Shown here in pieces: positions 44,777-53,556 of a stretch of 64,000 nucleotides of DNA (position 1 is the stretch's first letter; every line of letters begins with the position of its first letter). The notes under the pieces were generated by a model, which saw nothing but the letters and a program-made list of their open reading frames with translations, ran no database searches and was not told the origin of the DNA. Origin of the DNA: Acidobacteriota bacterium (lineage in GTDB: Bacteria; Actinomycetota; AC-67); NCBI GenBank assembly GCA_016208485.1, contig JACQXY010000052.1, positions 13,601 to 77,600 of the forward strand, given 5' to 3'. A program made the translations under genes and the position numbers.

Positions 44777-45082
44777 CTATCCGGCCTTCTCATGGGGCTG
44801 CACCTCCCGGATGAGCCTGCCCGCGAGCCGGTCGGATTCGAGATCCAGGTCGTAGTCCATCTGGAGGCCGAGCCAGAAATCCGGCGACGTGCCGAAGAAC
44901 CGTGAGAGTCGCAGTGCAGTGTCCGCGGTGACACGCCGGGTGCCGTGGACGATCTCGTTGATCCGACGCGGCGCCACTCCGAGCGCTCGGCCGAGGGCGT
45001 TCTGACTCAGGTCCATCGGCGTTAGGAACTCCTCCTGGAGCACCTCCCCGGGATGAACCGGGTCCATCTTCTTCTTGGCCAT
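44777..45082 (-). CDS. higA: HigA-family antitoxin (XRE-type HTH)
   Basis: The start is the ATG at 45080-45082, after GGAGGA. MAKKKMDPVHPGEVLQEEFLTPMDLSQNALGRALGVAPRRINEIVHGTRRVTADTALRLSRFFGTSPDFWLGLQ is the classical HigA sequence pattern. Confidence 0.88.
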   Translation of the reverse strand: MAKKKMDPVHPGEVLQEEFLTPMDLSQNALGRALGVAPRRINEIVHGTRRVTADTALRLSRFFGTSPDFWLGLQMDYDLDLESDRLAGRLIREVQPHEKAG

Positions 45083-45090
45083 CGGTCCTC

Positions 45091-45371
45091 CTAGCGGTAG
45101 TCCACGATCTCCACGTCGTACGCGTCTCCGGCCTTCCACGTGAAGCAGATCTGATACGGTCGTTCACGCGGCTTCCGTGCTGTCCCTTGCGGTCACCGCG
45201 TAGCGCCTCAAGCCGATTCCCGGGTGGGACCCGGAGGTCCGGCAGAGACCGGGCGCGGTGGAGCATCCTCAGTTTTCGTAGAGCGACCCGTTGCAGGTTT
45301 GGTGGCACGGACCGAACCCGCTCGCGGTGGAAGAGTCGCTCGATATCCCGGTTTCCGAAGCTCCGAACCAC
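45091..45371 (-). pseudogene. higB: HigB (RelE-like killer protein) with a 1-nt frameshift near the 3-prime end
   Basis: The GTG start is at 45369-45371. MVRSFGNRDIERLFHRERVRSVPPNLQRVALRKLRMLHRARSLPDLRVPPGNRLEALRGDRKGQHGSRVND is the HigB pattern. The expected C-terminus, YQICFTWKAGDAYDVEIVDYR-stop (45091), is in the next frame. The switch lies at about 45155-45162. As sequenced, the ORF reads on to 44790 across higA. Confidence 0.75.
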
Positions 45372-45603
45372 AAGGGAACGCTATAACGCATAACGTTACT
45401 CGTCAAGCGAGCGGCCCCTCATCCTCGCCAGCTCGAAATCTGCTTCTGTCACGTCCCGACCAACTGCCGCAACCGCCATCTCACCCGGCGCCTTCTCCTG
45501 GACCATGCGCTCCCGCGCGCGGTACTCGTGGGCGGCCCTGGCCGCCTCCTCCACAACCTCGCGCCGCGTCTGCCCGACAGCCGCCCTGAGCGCCTCCCTG
45601 GTC

Positions 45604-45762
45604 CTACGCGCAAGGGAACCAGTGGCTAGAAACGCGCACAGGACCGCGGCAGGAGCCGAGGTAGTGGTCGGCGTCCAGCAGCTCGTCGAAGCGAGCAAGC
45701 TCGGAGGGTTGGGCCGGACGGACGACGAGGCGCTCGAAGGGGAGTCCGGCTTCTCCAGACAT
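45604..45762 (-). pseudogene. Short fragment resembling the N-terminus of DUF4338 (DruA-like) proteins
   Basis: My translation gives MSGEAGLPFERLVVRPAQPSELARFDELLDADHYLGSCRGPVRVSSHWFPCA-stop. The RPxxxxExxxFxxLLxxxHYLG pattern is what I remember from DUF4338 N-termini. It is only 52 aa with no RBS, so it is a truncated relic at best. Confidence 0.3.
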
Positions 45763-45883
45763 CCTCCAGCCTCTACCACCCGCGTTCGTCGGGCGTCAGT
45801 ACCCTCGCCTCAGCGCAGGTCAGCCACGATCAGCTCGTGACTTTGACGTGATCCTGGGATCGCACCCCTTCCCCGGCGCCGTC

Positions 45884-46237
45884 CTACCCCGTGCCCCGCG
45901 TGATCTCCCACCCCTCGCCGGCTCGGTCGGCGAATCGCAGCCCGCGGCCGCGACCGATCGCAGCGAACTTCGAGGAAAGCCGCGCGGGGGGGTTTCCGAT
46001 CACGACGCGTCGTAGCTGGTTCCCCGTGCGGGAGGCAGCCTCCAACAGGATGGCCAGCAGCTCGTCGAGGAACGATGGGGCGAGCCCCTCCACGCCCTCG
46101 AAGTCGAGGAGAACCTCGCCGCGGCCCTCGCGCATCGCTGCTTCCAGTGCGGCTCCGATCGTTCTGGCTGTGCCACGGGCGGCCAGCACCCGAAGGGGAA
46201 TGAGATCGTGCACCCGGATGACCGCCATCGACGTCAC
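45884..46237 (-). CDS. DUF4325 (STAS-like) domain protein
   Basis: 117 aa. RTIGAALEAAMREGRGEVLLDFEGVEGLAPSFLDELLAILLE matches the DUF4325 core pattern (xxLDFxGVxxxxxSFxDE). The GTG overlaps the upstream stop as GTGA (46234-46237). Confidence 0.7.
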   Translation of the reverse strand: MTSMAVIRVHDLIPLRVLAARGTARTIGAALEAAMREGRGEVLLDFEGVEGLAPSFLDELLAILLEAASRTGNQLRRVVIGNPPARLSSKFAAIGRGRGLRFADRAGEGWEITRGTG

Positions 46238-47088
46238 GTTGGAATCGAGAGATACGCCAGCGTGCCGGGAAACAAGGGAGCCCGGCGGGCCGCGCTCTCG
46301 ACTTCCTCGGTGATCATCAGAGACCCGATTCCGGAATGCATGATCAGCGAGCGGCCGGGAACCCTCATGTCCTCGGAGACACCGTACAGACCGATGCCGC
46401 GCGTGGCGTCTCCGCTTCCGCTCACCCGTTCACGGACCGCGAGATCGAGGGCCGACCAATCGTAGCGGGCGCGCTCGCGCAACGCTGCGTTGCGCTCGAG
46501 CGATCGCCGGACTCCGATGCCCCCGTCGGCCACCCCGCAGACGAACCGCTCCCCCTCGGCAAGACCGTAGAACTGGATGAATCCGAACGCGCCGATCGGG
46601 GACTCCGAATGCTGGACGGCGTTGCTCGCAAGCTCGGCGAAGAGTTCGCTCACCACAACATGCACGTTCGGTGTACCCAGACCGGTCTCTTCGAGGGCCG
46701 AGAGCGCACGGTTGGCGAGGTCCTCCGCCTCCTTCTCGCTGCGGAAAGCGGTCAGCGGCAGCACCACCTGACGCCCCCGCCGCTCGGGGATTCCGCGGTC
46801 GTCAACCTCGACTCTTCCGGACCGCAGCGCGTCGAAGAGCCCGACCGACTTCAGGTACACGGCAATGTCGGAGCGCTCCGGGACGAGGAGCACGCACGTG
46901 GTTCGGGCCTCAGCCACAAGAAGCGGGAAGACCGTGCACCACAGAAGAGCCGGGGGGCGAACGAAGGTGCAGAGTCGCAGGTCGATCTCCACGCGGCCTG
47001 GAAGAGCGTCCCTTCGCGGGTCGAGATACGCGGCGGGGCCGAACAGCTCGGCCGGATTCCGAAACTGCGAAGGGACCTCGATCAACAT
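46234..47088 (-). CDS. GHKL/HATPase_c-type ATP-binding protein (RsbW/SpoIIAB-like kinase fold) with an unrecognised ~125-aa N-terminal domain
   Basis: 284 aa. The N-box-like motif is VSELFAELASNAVQHS, the G1-like motif is GVADGGIGV, and the G2-like motif is TRGIGLYGV. I recognise no motif in the N-terminal region (MLIEVPSQFRNPAELFGPAAYLDP...VLLVPERSDIAVYLKSVGLFDAL). Confidence 0.7.
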   Translation of the reverse strand: MLIEVPSQFRNPAELFGPAAYLDPRRDALPGRVEIDLRLCTFVRPPALLWCTVFPLLVAEARTTCVLLVPERSDIAVYLKSVGLFDALRSGRVEVDDRGIPERRGRQVVLPLTAFRSEKEAEDLANRALSALEETGLGTPNVHVVVSELFAELASNAVQHSESPIGAFGFIQFYGLAEGERFVCGVADGGIGVRRSLERNAALRERARYDWSALDLAVRERVSGSGDATRGIGLYGVSEDMRVPGRSLIMHSGIGSLMITEEVESAARRAPLFPGTLAYLSIPT

Positions 47089-47123
47089 GGACCCAGTATG
47101 CCTGATCGTCCGGGTGGATCCGT

Positions 47124-48110
47124 CTAGGCGCGAAACGCCAGGGCAAGCCGTTCCAGCTTGCGCATTCTACCCGCCACCGCGCCCTTGGACACCGGAGGCC
47201 GGCAGAGCCGGCCGAGCTCCTCCAGGCTCGCCTGCGGATGGGCGAGGCGCAGGCGCGCCGCCTCGCGCAGGCCCGGCACGAGCGACGCGAGGCCCGGCCC
47301 CTCCTCGATCGCCTCGATCGCGGCGCGCTGGGCGACCGCCGCGCGCGCGATCCGGCCCGCGTTGGCGGCGTCGGCGTTCGCCAGGCGCGCCGCCTGCGCC
47401 CGAACGGACTTCCACACCAAGCCTTCCTCCCAGGCGAGCGCCGCACGGTGCGCCCCCATGAACGCCAGTGCCGCCCCGACCGATGCCACGTCCTTCGCGT
47501 AGGCGGTCCACATGCCCCGGTGCCGGCGGACGCTCGCGCGCGCTCCGGCGCTCCCGAGGAGCCGCGCGATCCCCGACGCGGTCTCCCGGTCGGGCGCGCG
47601 GATCTCGAGGTGGGCGGCCGAGCGCGGCGCCGACACCGACCCGCGCGCGAGAAAGGCCCCACGCAGGTACGCGGCACGGCAGCACCGGCGGCCCGTCATC
47701 TCGCGGGGAATCCCGCGCGGAGGCCGTCCTCCCGGATCGAGCACGCCCCCGGCAACGAGCCGCTCGACGGGCACTCCCGGCGCGCGGATCGCGAAGCGCG
47801 CGCGCGGACGTCCCCGCCCCGGCTCGTGGAGCAACACCCCGATCCCCCGGCCGGCGAGTCCCTGCAGGAGCCCGAGCGCGCGGCGCGCGGCGGCCGCGCG
47901 CTCCACCTCGACCTCGACGGCCACCAGACGCCCCGGCGCTAGGTGGATGCTCCCGACCGAGCGCAGGAGCGCCGCAGCCTCCGCGCGCCGGTCGCAGAGG
48001 CGTCCCGGACCGACGTGGGCAAGCTCGTCTCGCACCGTAGCCGTCGCGGTGCCGCGCGCGGCGGCCTTCCCCTTCGGAGCGCGGTCGCGGCTCGTGCTCG
48101 GATCGCTCAC
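47124..48110 (-). CDS. whiA: Sporulation/cell-division transcription factor WhiA
   Basis: 328 aa with degenerate LAGLIDADG-like repeats (RAAYLRGAFLARGSVSAP) and a C-terminal HTH (ASLEELGRLCRPPVSKGAVAGRMRKL). It lies downstream of yvcK and rapZ, as in Gram-positive bacteria generally. Confidence 0.92.
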   Translation of the reverse strand: MSDPSTSRDRAPKGKAAARGTATATVRDELAHVGPGRLCDRRAEAAALLRSVGSIHLAPGRLVAVEVEVERAAAARRALGLLQGLAGRGIGVLLHEPGRGRPRARFAIRAPGVPVERLVAGGVLDPGGRPPRGIPREMTGRRCCRAAYLRGAFLARGSVSAPRSAAHLEIRAPDRETASGIARLLGSAGARASVRRHRGMWTAYAKDVASVGAALAFMGAHRAALAWEEGLVWKSVRAQAARLANADAANAGRIARAAVAQRAAIEAIEEGPGLASLVPGLREAARLRLAHPQASLEELGRLCRPPVSKGAVAGRMRKLERLALAFRA

Positions 48111-49009
48111 GCGAGCAGCTCGCGGAGCACGCGCGCGAGCCGGTCGGGGTCGTGCTCCGGGCCCGCGGCGGCGAGGTCGGCCATCACGAGCGGCGCGCGC
48201 ATGGCCGCGAATGCCGCCGGCTCCACCGCAACCGGCCGGGAGACGTCGGCCGAGCCCTCGTGCGCGATGACGGCGTCGAGGCGCAGGCCGGGGCAGTGCT
48301 CGATCAGCGCGCGGACGTGGGAGGCCCCATCCATCCCCGCCGTCTCGCCCGCCTGCTCGGCGAGGTTCAGCACCAGGGCGATCCGGCCCGCCTCCGCGAG
48401 CGCGTGCCGGATCCCCGGCACGATGAGCACCGCGATCAGGCTCGTGAAGAGGCTCCCCGGGCCCAGAACGACCAGGTCGGCCTCCTCGATCGCCTCGACG
48501 GCCTGAGGGGTCGCCGGCGCGTCCGGGGGTTCCATGCGCAGGCGGGCGACGGGGCCCGGTCCACGGGCGATCGCGCCCTGACCGCGCACCTCGAGCCCAC
48601 CGTCGACGGCGAGGGTCGCCTCCAGCGCGACCGGGCGTGTCGTGACCGGAAGGACCCGGCCGCGCGCCCCGGCGAGTTCCGCCACCTCGTCGACCGCGCG
48701 CCCGAAATCGCCCCGAAGGTCGGCGAGCGCGGCGATCAGCAGGTTGCCGAGCGGATGGCCGGCGAGCTCTCCATCCTTGAAGCGGTACTGCAGGAGCGCC
48801 GACCGCTCCTCGCTCCCGGCGAGCGCCGCGATCGCCATGCGCAGATCCCCCGGCGCGGGGATCCCGAGCTGGCGGCGGAGGATCCCCGAGGAGCCGCCGT
48901 CGTCGGCAACCGTCACGACGGCCGTCGCGCTCTCGGTCACCCGGCGAACGGCGCGCAGCGCGCAGGCGAGACCGTGCCCGCCGCCGACGCAGACGATCCT
49001 CGGATTCAA
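48107..49009 (-). CDS. yvcK: YvcK/CofD-like gluconeogenesis factor (UPF0052)
   Basis: RIVCVGGGHGLACALRAVRRVTESATAVVTVADDGGSSGILRRQLGIPAPGDLR is the family signature. I chose the TTG start at 49007-49009, 8 nt after the rapZ stop. The track start at 49129 would overlap rapZ by 112 nt with junk-like sequence. Confidence 0.88.
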   Translation of the reverse strand: MNPRIVCVGGGHGLACALRAVRRVTESATAVVTVADDGGSSGILRRQLGIPAPGDLRMAIAALAGSEERSALLQYRFKDGELAGHPLGNLLIAALADLRGDFGRAVDEVAELAGARGRVLPVTTRPVALEATLAVDGGLEVRGQGAIARGPGPVARLRMEPPDAPATPQAVEAIEEADLVVLGPGSLFTSLIAVLIVPGIRHALAEAGRIALVLNLAEQAGETAGMDGASHVRALIEHCPGLRLDAVIAHEGSADVSRPVAVEPAAFAAMRAPLVMADLAAAGPEHDPDRLARVLRELLA

Positions 49010-49017
49010 CGCCCGGC

Positions 49018-49905
49018 TCAGTCCCTGTCGATGTCGCGGTGGACGACCGCGACCGAGAGCCCGCGATCGCGCAGACGCGCGGCGATGTGCTCGGAGATCA
49101 CCACCGAACGGTGCCGGCCCCCGCTGCACCCCACCGCGAGCGTGAGGTAGTGCTTCCCCTCGGTCAGGTACCCCGGGATCAGCACCTCCAGGAGGTCCTC
49201 GAATCGCTCGAGGAAATCCGCGGTCGCCTGACGGGTCATCACGAAGTCGCGGATCCGTGGGTCGGTCCCCGGCAGGGGGCGCAGCTCGTCGACCCAGTGC
49301 GGGTTCGGAAGGAACCGAACGTCCAGCACGAGATCGGCGTCCTGCGGGAGGCCGTACTTGTAGCCGAAGCTCTCCACGTTCACCTTGAGCGAGGCCTCCC
49401 TGGGCTGGTGGGAGAACGCGGCCTCGATCCGCCTGCGCAGCTCGTGAACGGTGAGATCGCTCGTGTCGATCACCAGATCGGCCCGGTCGCGCAGCGACTC
49501 CAGCAAGGTCCGTTCCTTCGCGATGCCGTCCACGATCCGGTCGGCGAGCGGGTGACGTCGGCGCGTGGCCTCGAACCGGCGGATCAGCGCCTCGTCGCTC
49601 GCGGTCAGGAACACGATCCGGTACTCCAGGCCGCGGCCGGCGAGGTCGGCGAGCGCCTTCGACAGCTCGGGGAAGAACTGCCCGCCGCGCACGTCCACGA
49701 CCAGCCCGACCTTCTCCAGCCCGCCCGACGCGCCGGCCAGCTCGGCCATCTTCGAAATGAGCGCCGGGGGGAGGTTGTCGATCACGAAGTACCCGAGATC
49801 CTCGAGCGCGTCGGCCACCGTCGAGCGTCCGGCGCCGGAGAGCCCGGTGATCACGGTGAAGTCGGTCTTGTGGCGATGCTCCTCATGCTTCAGCGCGCGG
49901 GTCAC
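49018..49905 (-). CDS. rapZ: RNase adapter protein RapZ (YvcJ family P-loop protein)
   Basis: FTVITGLSGAGRSTVADALEDLGYFVIDNLP...CSGGRHRSV are RapZ signatures. The GTG overlaps the uvrC stop as GTGA. Confidence 0.93.
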   Translation of the reverse strand: MTRALKHEEHRHKTDFTVITGLSGAGRSTVADALEDLGYFVIDNLPPALISKMAELAGASGGLEKVGLVVDVRGGQFFPELSKALADLAGRGLEYRIVFLTASDEALIRRFEATRRRHPLADRIVDGIAKERTLLESLRDRADLVIDTSDLTVHELRRRIEAAFSHQPREASLKVNVESFGYKYGLPQDADLVLDVRFLPNPHWVDELRPLPGTDPRIRDFVMTRQATADFLERFEDLLEVLIPGYLTEGKHYLTLAVGCSGGRHRSVVISEHIAARLRDRGLSVAVVHRDIDRD

Positions 49906-51848
49906 CTACCCCTCCTTCGATCGGGGGGCTCGACGGCCGGCGGAGTCGACCTCCGCGCGCCCGGGGGCCGTCTCGGCCCCCCGGAGCCCCCCGCTCCCTC
50001 GCCGCGCAGATACCGGTGGATGCGCCCGGCGACGGGGCGCGGCACGATCGCCGCCAGGTCGTCCTCGCTCGCCTGAAGGATACGGCCGACCGAGCCGAAA
50101 CGCCGTAGCAGCAGGCGCTTGCGCTCGCGCCCGATGCCGGGGACCGCGTCGAGGGCGCTCGCCGTCGATCGCCGCGCGCGGAGCCGCCGGTGGTAGCCGA
50201 CGGCGACCCGGTGGGCCTCGTCACGCACGTGCTGGAGGAGGTGCAACGCCTCGGAGCCGCGCGCGAGCCGGACCGGAGCCTCGCCGCCCGGCAGGTACAC
50301 CTCCTCGAGCCGCTTGGCGAGCCCCACCACCGCCGTGCCGGTCATCCCGACCTCCGCCATCGCCCCGAGCGCCGCCCCGAGCTGCCCCGCCCCTCCGTCC
50401 ACCACCACGAGGTTCGGAGGGTAGGCGAACCGGCCGCCGGTCGCCGCCGGTTCCGCGCGCTCCTTCAGGTACCTCGCGAAGCGCCGCCGGATCACCTCGG
50501 CCATCATCGCGAAGTCGTCCTGGCCCTCCACGGTTCGGATCCGGAACCGCCGGTACTCCGAGCGCTTCGGCATCCCGTCCTCGAACACGACCATCGAGCC
50601 GACGGCCTCGGAGGCCCCGAGGTTCGAGATATCGAAGCACTCGATCCGCAGCGGGGCCTCGGGGATGCAGAGCGCTTCCTGGAGCGAGGCGAGCTGGCGC
50701 GCGCGCGCATCGAAGTCGCTCCGGCGCCGGAGCTTGTGCTGCGCGAAGGCCTCGGCGGCATTCGCGGCGGCCGTCTCGAGCAGGGCTCGCTTCTCGCCGC
50801 GCACCGGCACGCGAACGGCCACCCTGCCGCCCCGGCGCTCGGAGAGCCACTCACCGAGCACGGCCGGTTCGGCCGGCCGGACCTGAACGAGGATCTCCGG
50901 GGGCACCTGGTCCTCGACCATGTAGAGATCGCGCAGGAAGGAACCGATGAGTTCCGCCGGTTCCAGGTCCTCGACCTTGTCCACGACGAAGCCCTTGCGG
51001 CCGACCATCCGCCCCCCGCGCACGAAGAACACCTGGAGCGCCGCCTCGAGGTCGTCCTCGACGACGCCGATCACGTCCAGGTCCTCGTCCCGGCCGCTCA
51101 CAACGGCCTGGCGCTCGATCGCCGTCCGGACGCTCGCGAGCTGGTCGCGCAGGCGCGCCGCACGCTCGAACTCGGTGCGTGCCGCCGCCTCGCTCATCGC
51201 CAGCTCGAGGCGCCGGGTCACCGGCTCGAACCCCCCGTCCATGAACGCCATGAACTCCTCGACGATTCCCCGGTGATCATCCGCGCTCACCCGGCCGACG
51301 CAGGGCCCGGAGCACTTGCCGATGTCGAACAGCAGGCACGGCCTCCCCGCGCGGCGGCACCGCTCGAAGACCCCGCGCGAACAGGTGCGGATAGGGAACG
51401 TGCGCAACAAGAGATCGAACGTCTCGCGAATTGCGTACGCGTGCGCGTACGGTCCGAACACCCTCGTGCCCGGGCGCTTCGGGCCCCGCATCACCATCGC
51501 GCGCGGGACCTCCTCGCCGACCGTGAAAGCGAGATACGGGTAGCTCTTGTCGTCGCGGTACCGGACGTTGTAGCGCGGGCGGTTCGCCTTGATCAGGTTG
51601 TACTCGAGGTGGAGCGACTCGACCTCGTTCGACGCGACTATCCACTCGACGCTGCATGCCTGCTCGAGCATCTGCTGGGTCCTCGGGTGCAGAGCCTCGA
51701 CCGGCTGGAAGTAGTTCGCGAGGCGCTTGCGCAGCGACCTGGCCTTCCCCACGTAGAGCGTCCGTCCCGCGGGGTCCTTGAACAGGTAACAGCCCGGCCC
51801 GTCCGGGATCGTCTCGGGCGGCGGCCGGCGCAGCGCGGTGGGAGCCAC
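49902..51848 (-). CDS. uvrC: Excinuclease ABC subunit C
   Basis: The GIY-YIG N-terminus is PGCYLFKDPAGRTLYVGKARSLRKRLANYF. The UvrBC-interaction and endonuclease regions and a C-terminal HhH region are present. 648 aa. Confidence 0.96.
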   Translation of the reverse strand: MAPTALRRPPPETIPDGPGCYLFKDPAGRTLYVGKARSLRKRLANYFQPVEALHPRTQQMLEQACSVEWIVASNEVESLHLEYNLIKANRPRYNVRYRDDKSYPYLAFTVGEEVPRAMVMRGPKRPGTRVFGPYAHAYAIRETFDLLLRTFPIRTCSRGVFERCRRAGRPCLLFDIGKCSGPCVGRVSADDHRGIVEEFMAFMDGGFEPVTRRLELAMSEAAARTEFERAARLRDQLASVRTAIERQAVVSGRDEDLDVIGVVEDDLEAALQVFFVRGGRMVGRKGFVVDKVEDLEPAELIGSFLRDLYMVEDQVPPEILVQVRPAEPAVLGEWLSERRGGRVAVRVPVRGEKRALLETAAANAAEAFAQHKLRRRSDFDARARQLASLQEALCIPEAPLRIECFDISNLGASEAVGSMVVFEDGMPKRSEYRRFRIRTVEGQDDFAMMAEVIRRRFARYLKERAEPAATGGRFAYPPNLVVVDGGAGQLGAALGAMAEVGMTGTAVVGLAKRLEEVYLPGGEAPVRLARGSEALHLLQHVRDEAHRVAVGYHRRLRARRSTASALDAVPGIGRERKRLLLRRFGSVGRILQASEDDLAAIVPRPVAGRIHRYLRGEGAGGSGGPRRPPGARRSTPPAVEPPDRRRGR

Positions 51849-51881
51849 GGATCGAATCGTATCCTCCCTTCCGGGGGAGGA

Positions 51882-52577
51882 TCAGGGGCTCGGGCGCGCG
51901 GCGCTCGCGGCGAGCAGAAGCTGCATGGCCTGCGCCGACACCGCGTGGTGGTCCACCGAGGCCGGATCGAGCGCCGCGTGGAGCGCGACCCCGTCGGCCG
52001 TCGCGAGCAGCAGGGTCGCCATCCCCTCGGGATCGATCCACGCCGGGAGGAATCCCGAGGACTTCAGGCCGTCGATCTCGCCGACCAGGAACGCGCGCAG
52101 CTCCCGCAAGATGCCGGAGACTCCCCGGCGGAGCGAGCCCGCGCGAGAGGCCTCCACGAGAGCTTGGAGGTAGGCCGGCAGCAGATCGCCGGCTCGCTCG
52201 AAGGAGTCCTGAAGCGCCTGCAGCGCCGCGAGGAGCCGCAGCGGGGGCGAGTCCCCGCTCCGGAGAGCCCGGAGGGCAGGCCGGGTCCACTCGCGGATCG
52301 CGCTCAAGAGGGCTTGGGAGACCAGCTCGTCCTTCGAGCCGAAGTGGTAGGTGATCGCCTGGAGGTTGGTCCCGGCCGCCCGCGCGATGTCCCGCGAGGT
52401 CGTGCGCGCAAGCCCCTTCTCCCGCAGGCACCGCAGGGTCGCCTCGATCAGCCGGCCGGGCGCCTCACCGCCTCCCGCCGCGCGCCGCCGGGGCCTCGCG
52501 ACGGGCGCCCGCGGCCCCCGGCGCCGGGGAGCGCGCGCCCTCCCCCCTGCCGGCCCGGACTTGCCTCGCGGATTCAT
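51882..52577 (-). CDS. TetR-family transcriptional regulator
   Basis: The start is the ATG at 52575-52577. The HTH reads LIEATLRCLREKGLARTTSRDIARAAGTNLQAITYHFGSKDELV. An Arg-rich N-terminal tail precedes it. Confidence 0.88.
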   Translation of the reverse strand: MNPRGKSGPAGGRARAPRRRGPRAPVARPRRRAAGGGEAPGRLIEATLRCLREKGLARTTSRDIARAAGTNLQAITYHFGSKDELVSQALLSAIREWTRPALRALRSGDSPPLRLLAALQALQDSFERAGDLLPAYLQALVEASRAGSLRRGVSGILRELRAFLVGEIDGLKSSGFLPAWIDPEGMATLLLATADGVALHAALDPASVDHHAVSAQAMQLLLAASAARPSP

Positions 52578-52640
52578 ACGGGTGTATGATATCGCCGGAC
52601 GCGGCCCGCGCAAGCACCGGGCTTTGCGAGAGGAGGAGCC

Positions 52641-53555
52641 ATGGACGGACCCCTGGACGTGGTGACCGGCGCCTTCAGCTACACCGGCAGGCACATCGCC
52701 CGGCGGCTCCTCGCCGCGGGCCGGCGCGTGCGCACGTTGACGAACCACCCGCGCTCCCCCAACCCCTTCGGGGGAACCGTGAAGGCCGCCCCGCTCTCCT
52801 TCGAGGACGACGCCGCGCTCGCGCGCGCGATGGAGGGCGCCGACACGCTCTACAACACCTACTGGGTGCGCTTCGTCCGGGGCGCCGAGAGCTTCGACCG
52901 GGCGGTGCGCAACAGCGAGGTCCTGTTCGGCGCGGCGGAGAAGGCAGGGGTGCGCCGCATCGTGCACGTGAGCATCGCCAACCCGGAAGCGGCGCCCGCC
53001 CTGCCCTACTTCCGCGGCAAGGCGGCGGTGGAGCGGGCTCTGTCGGGCCGATCGGTGTCGCGCGCGATTGTGCGCCCCACCGTGCTGTTCGGCGACGGCG
53101 ACGTGTTCATCAACAACATCGCGTGGCTCCTTCGCCGCTTCCCGGTATTCCCGGTAGCGGGCGACGGGAGGTACCGGCTGCAGCCGGTCCACGTCCACGA
53201 CGTGGCCGCGCTCGCGGTGGCGGCCGGCGCGCGTCTCGGCGACGAGGTGCTGGACGCCGCCGGTCCCGAGGTCTTCGCGTTCGAGGATCTTGGGCGCCTG
53301 ATCGGTGCGAGGATCGGGCGCCGTCCGAGGATCCTCCACGTGCCTCCGGCCGCGCTGGTCCTGCTGTCGAACATCATCGGGTTCGGCGTGCGCGACGTGG
53401 TGGTCAACCGGGAGGAGCTGGACGGCCTCATGGCCGGCCTGCTCGTCTCCGGGGAACCCGCGCGAGGCGCGATCCTATTCAGCGAATGGCTCTCAGACGC
53501 CTCGCCTCTGCTGGGCCGTGAATACGCCTCCGAGCTCCGGCGACACTTCCGGTGA
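52641..53555 (+). CDS. NAD(P)-binding Rossmann protein (NmrA / atypical SDR, NDUFA9-like)
   Basis: DVVTGAFSYTGRHIARRLLAAGRRVRTLT is a Gly-rich dinucleotide-binding motif. The body is SDR-like. The gene is divergent from the TetR gene and has the RBS GAGGAGGAG. Confidence 0.8.
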   Translation: MDGPLDVVTGAFSYTGRHIARRLLAAGRRVRTLTNHPRSPNPFGGTVKAAPLSFEDDAALARAMEGADTLYNTYWVRFVRGAESFDRAVRNSEVLFGAAEKAGVRRIVHVSIANPEAAPALPYFRGKAAVERALSGRSVSRAIVRPTVLFGDGDVFINNIAWLLRRFPVFPVAGDGRYRLQPVHVHDVAALAVAAGARLGDEVLDAAGPEVFAFEDLGRLIGARIGRRPRILHVPPAALVLLSNIIGFGVRDVVVNREELDGLMAGLLVSGEPARGAILFSEWLSDASPLLGREYASELRRHFR

Positions 53556-53556
53556 A

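Noticed and set aside
45396-45779. 127-aa minus-strand ORF upstream of higB
   Set aside because: I recognise no motif in it. Its N-terminal half is Ser/Pro/Thr-rich junk that overlaps the DruA-like fragment in another frame. It may contain a small real gene in its C-terminal half, but I cannot support a call.
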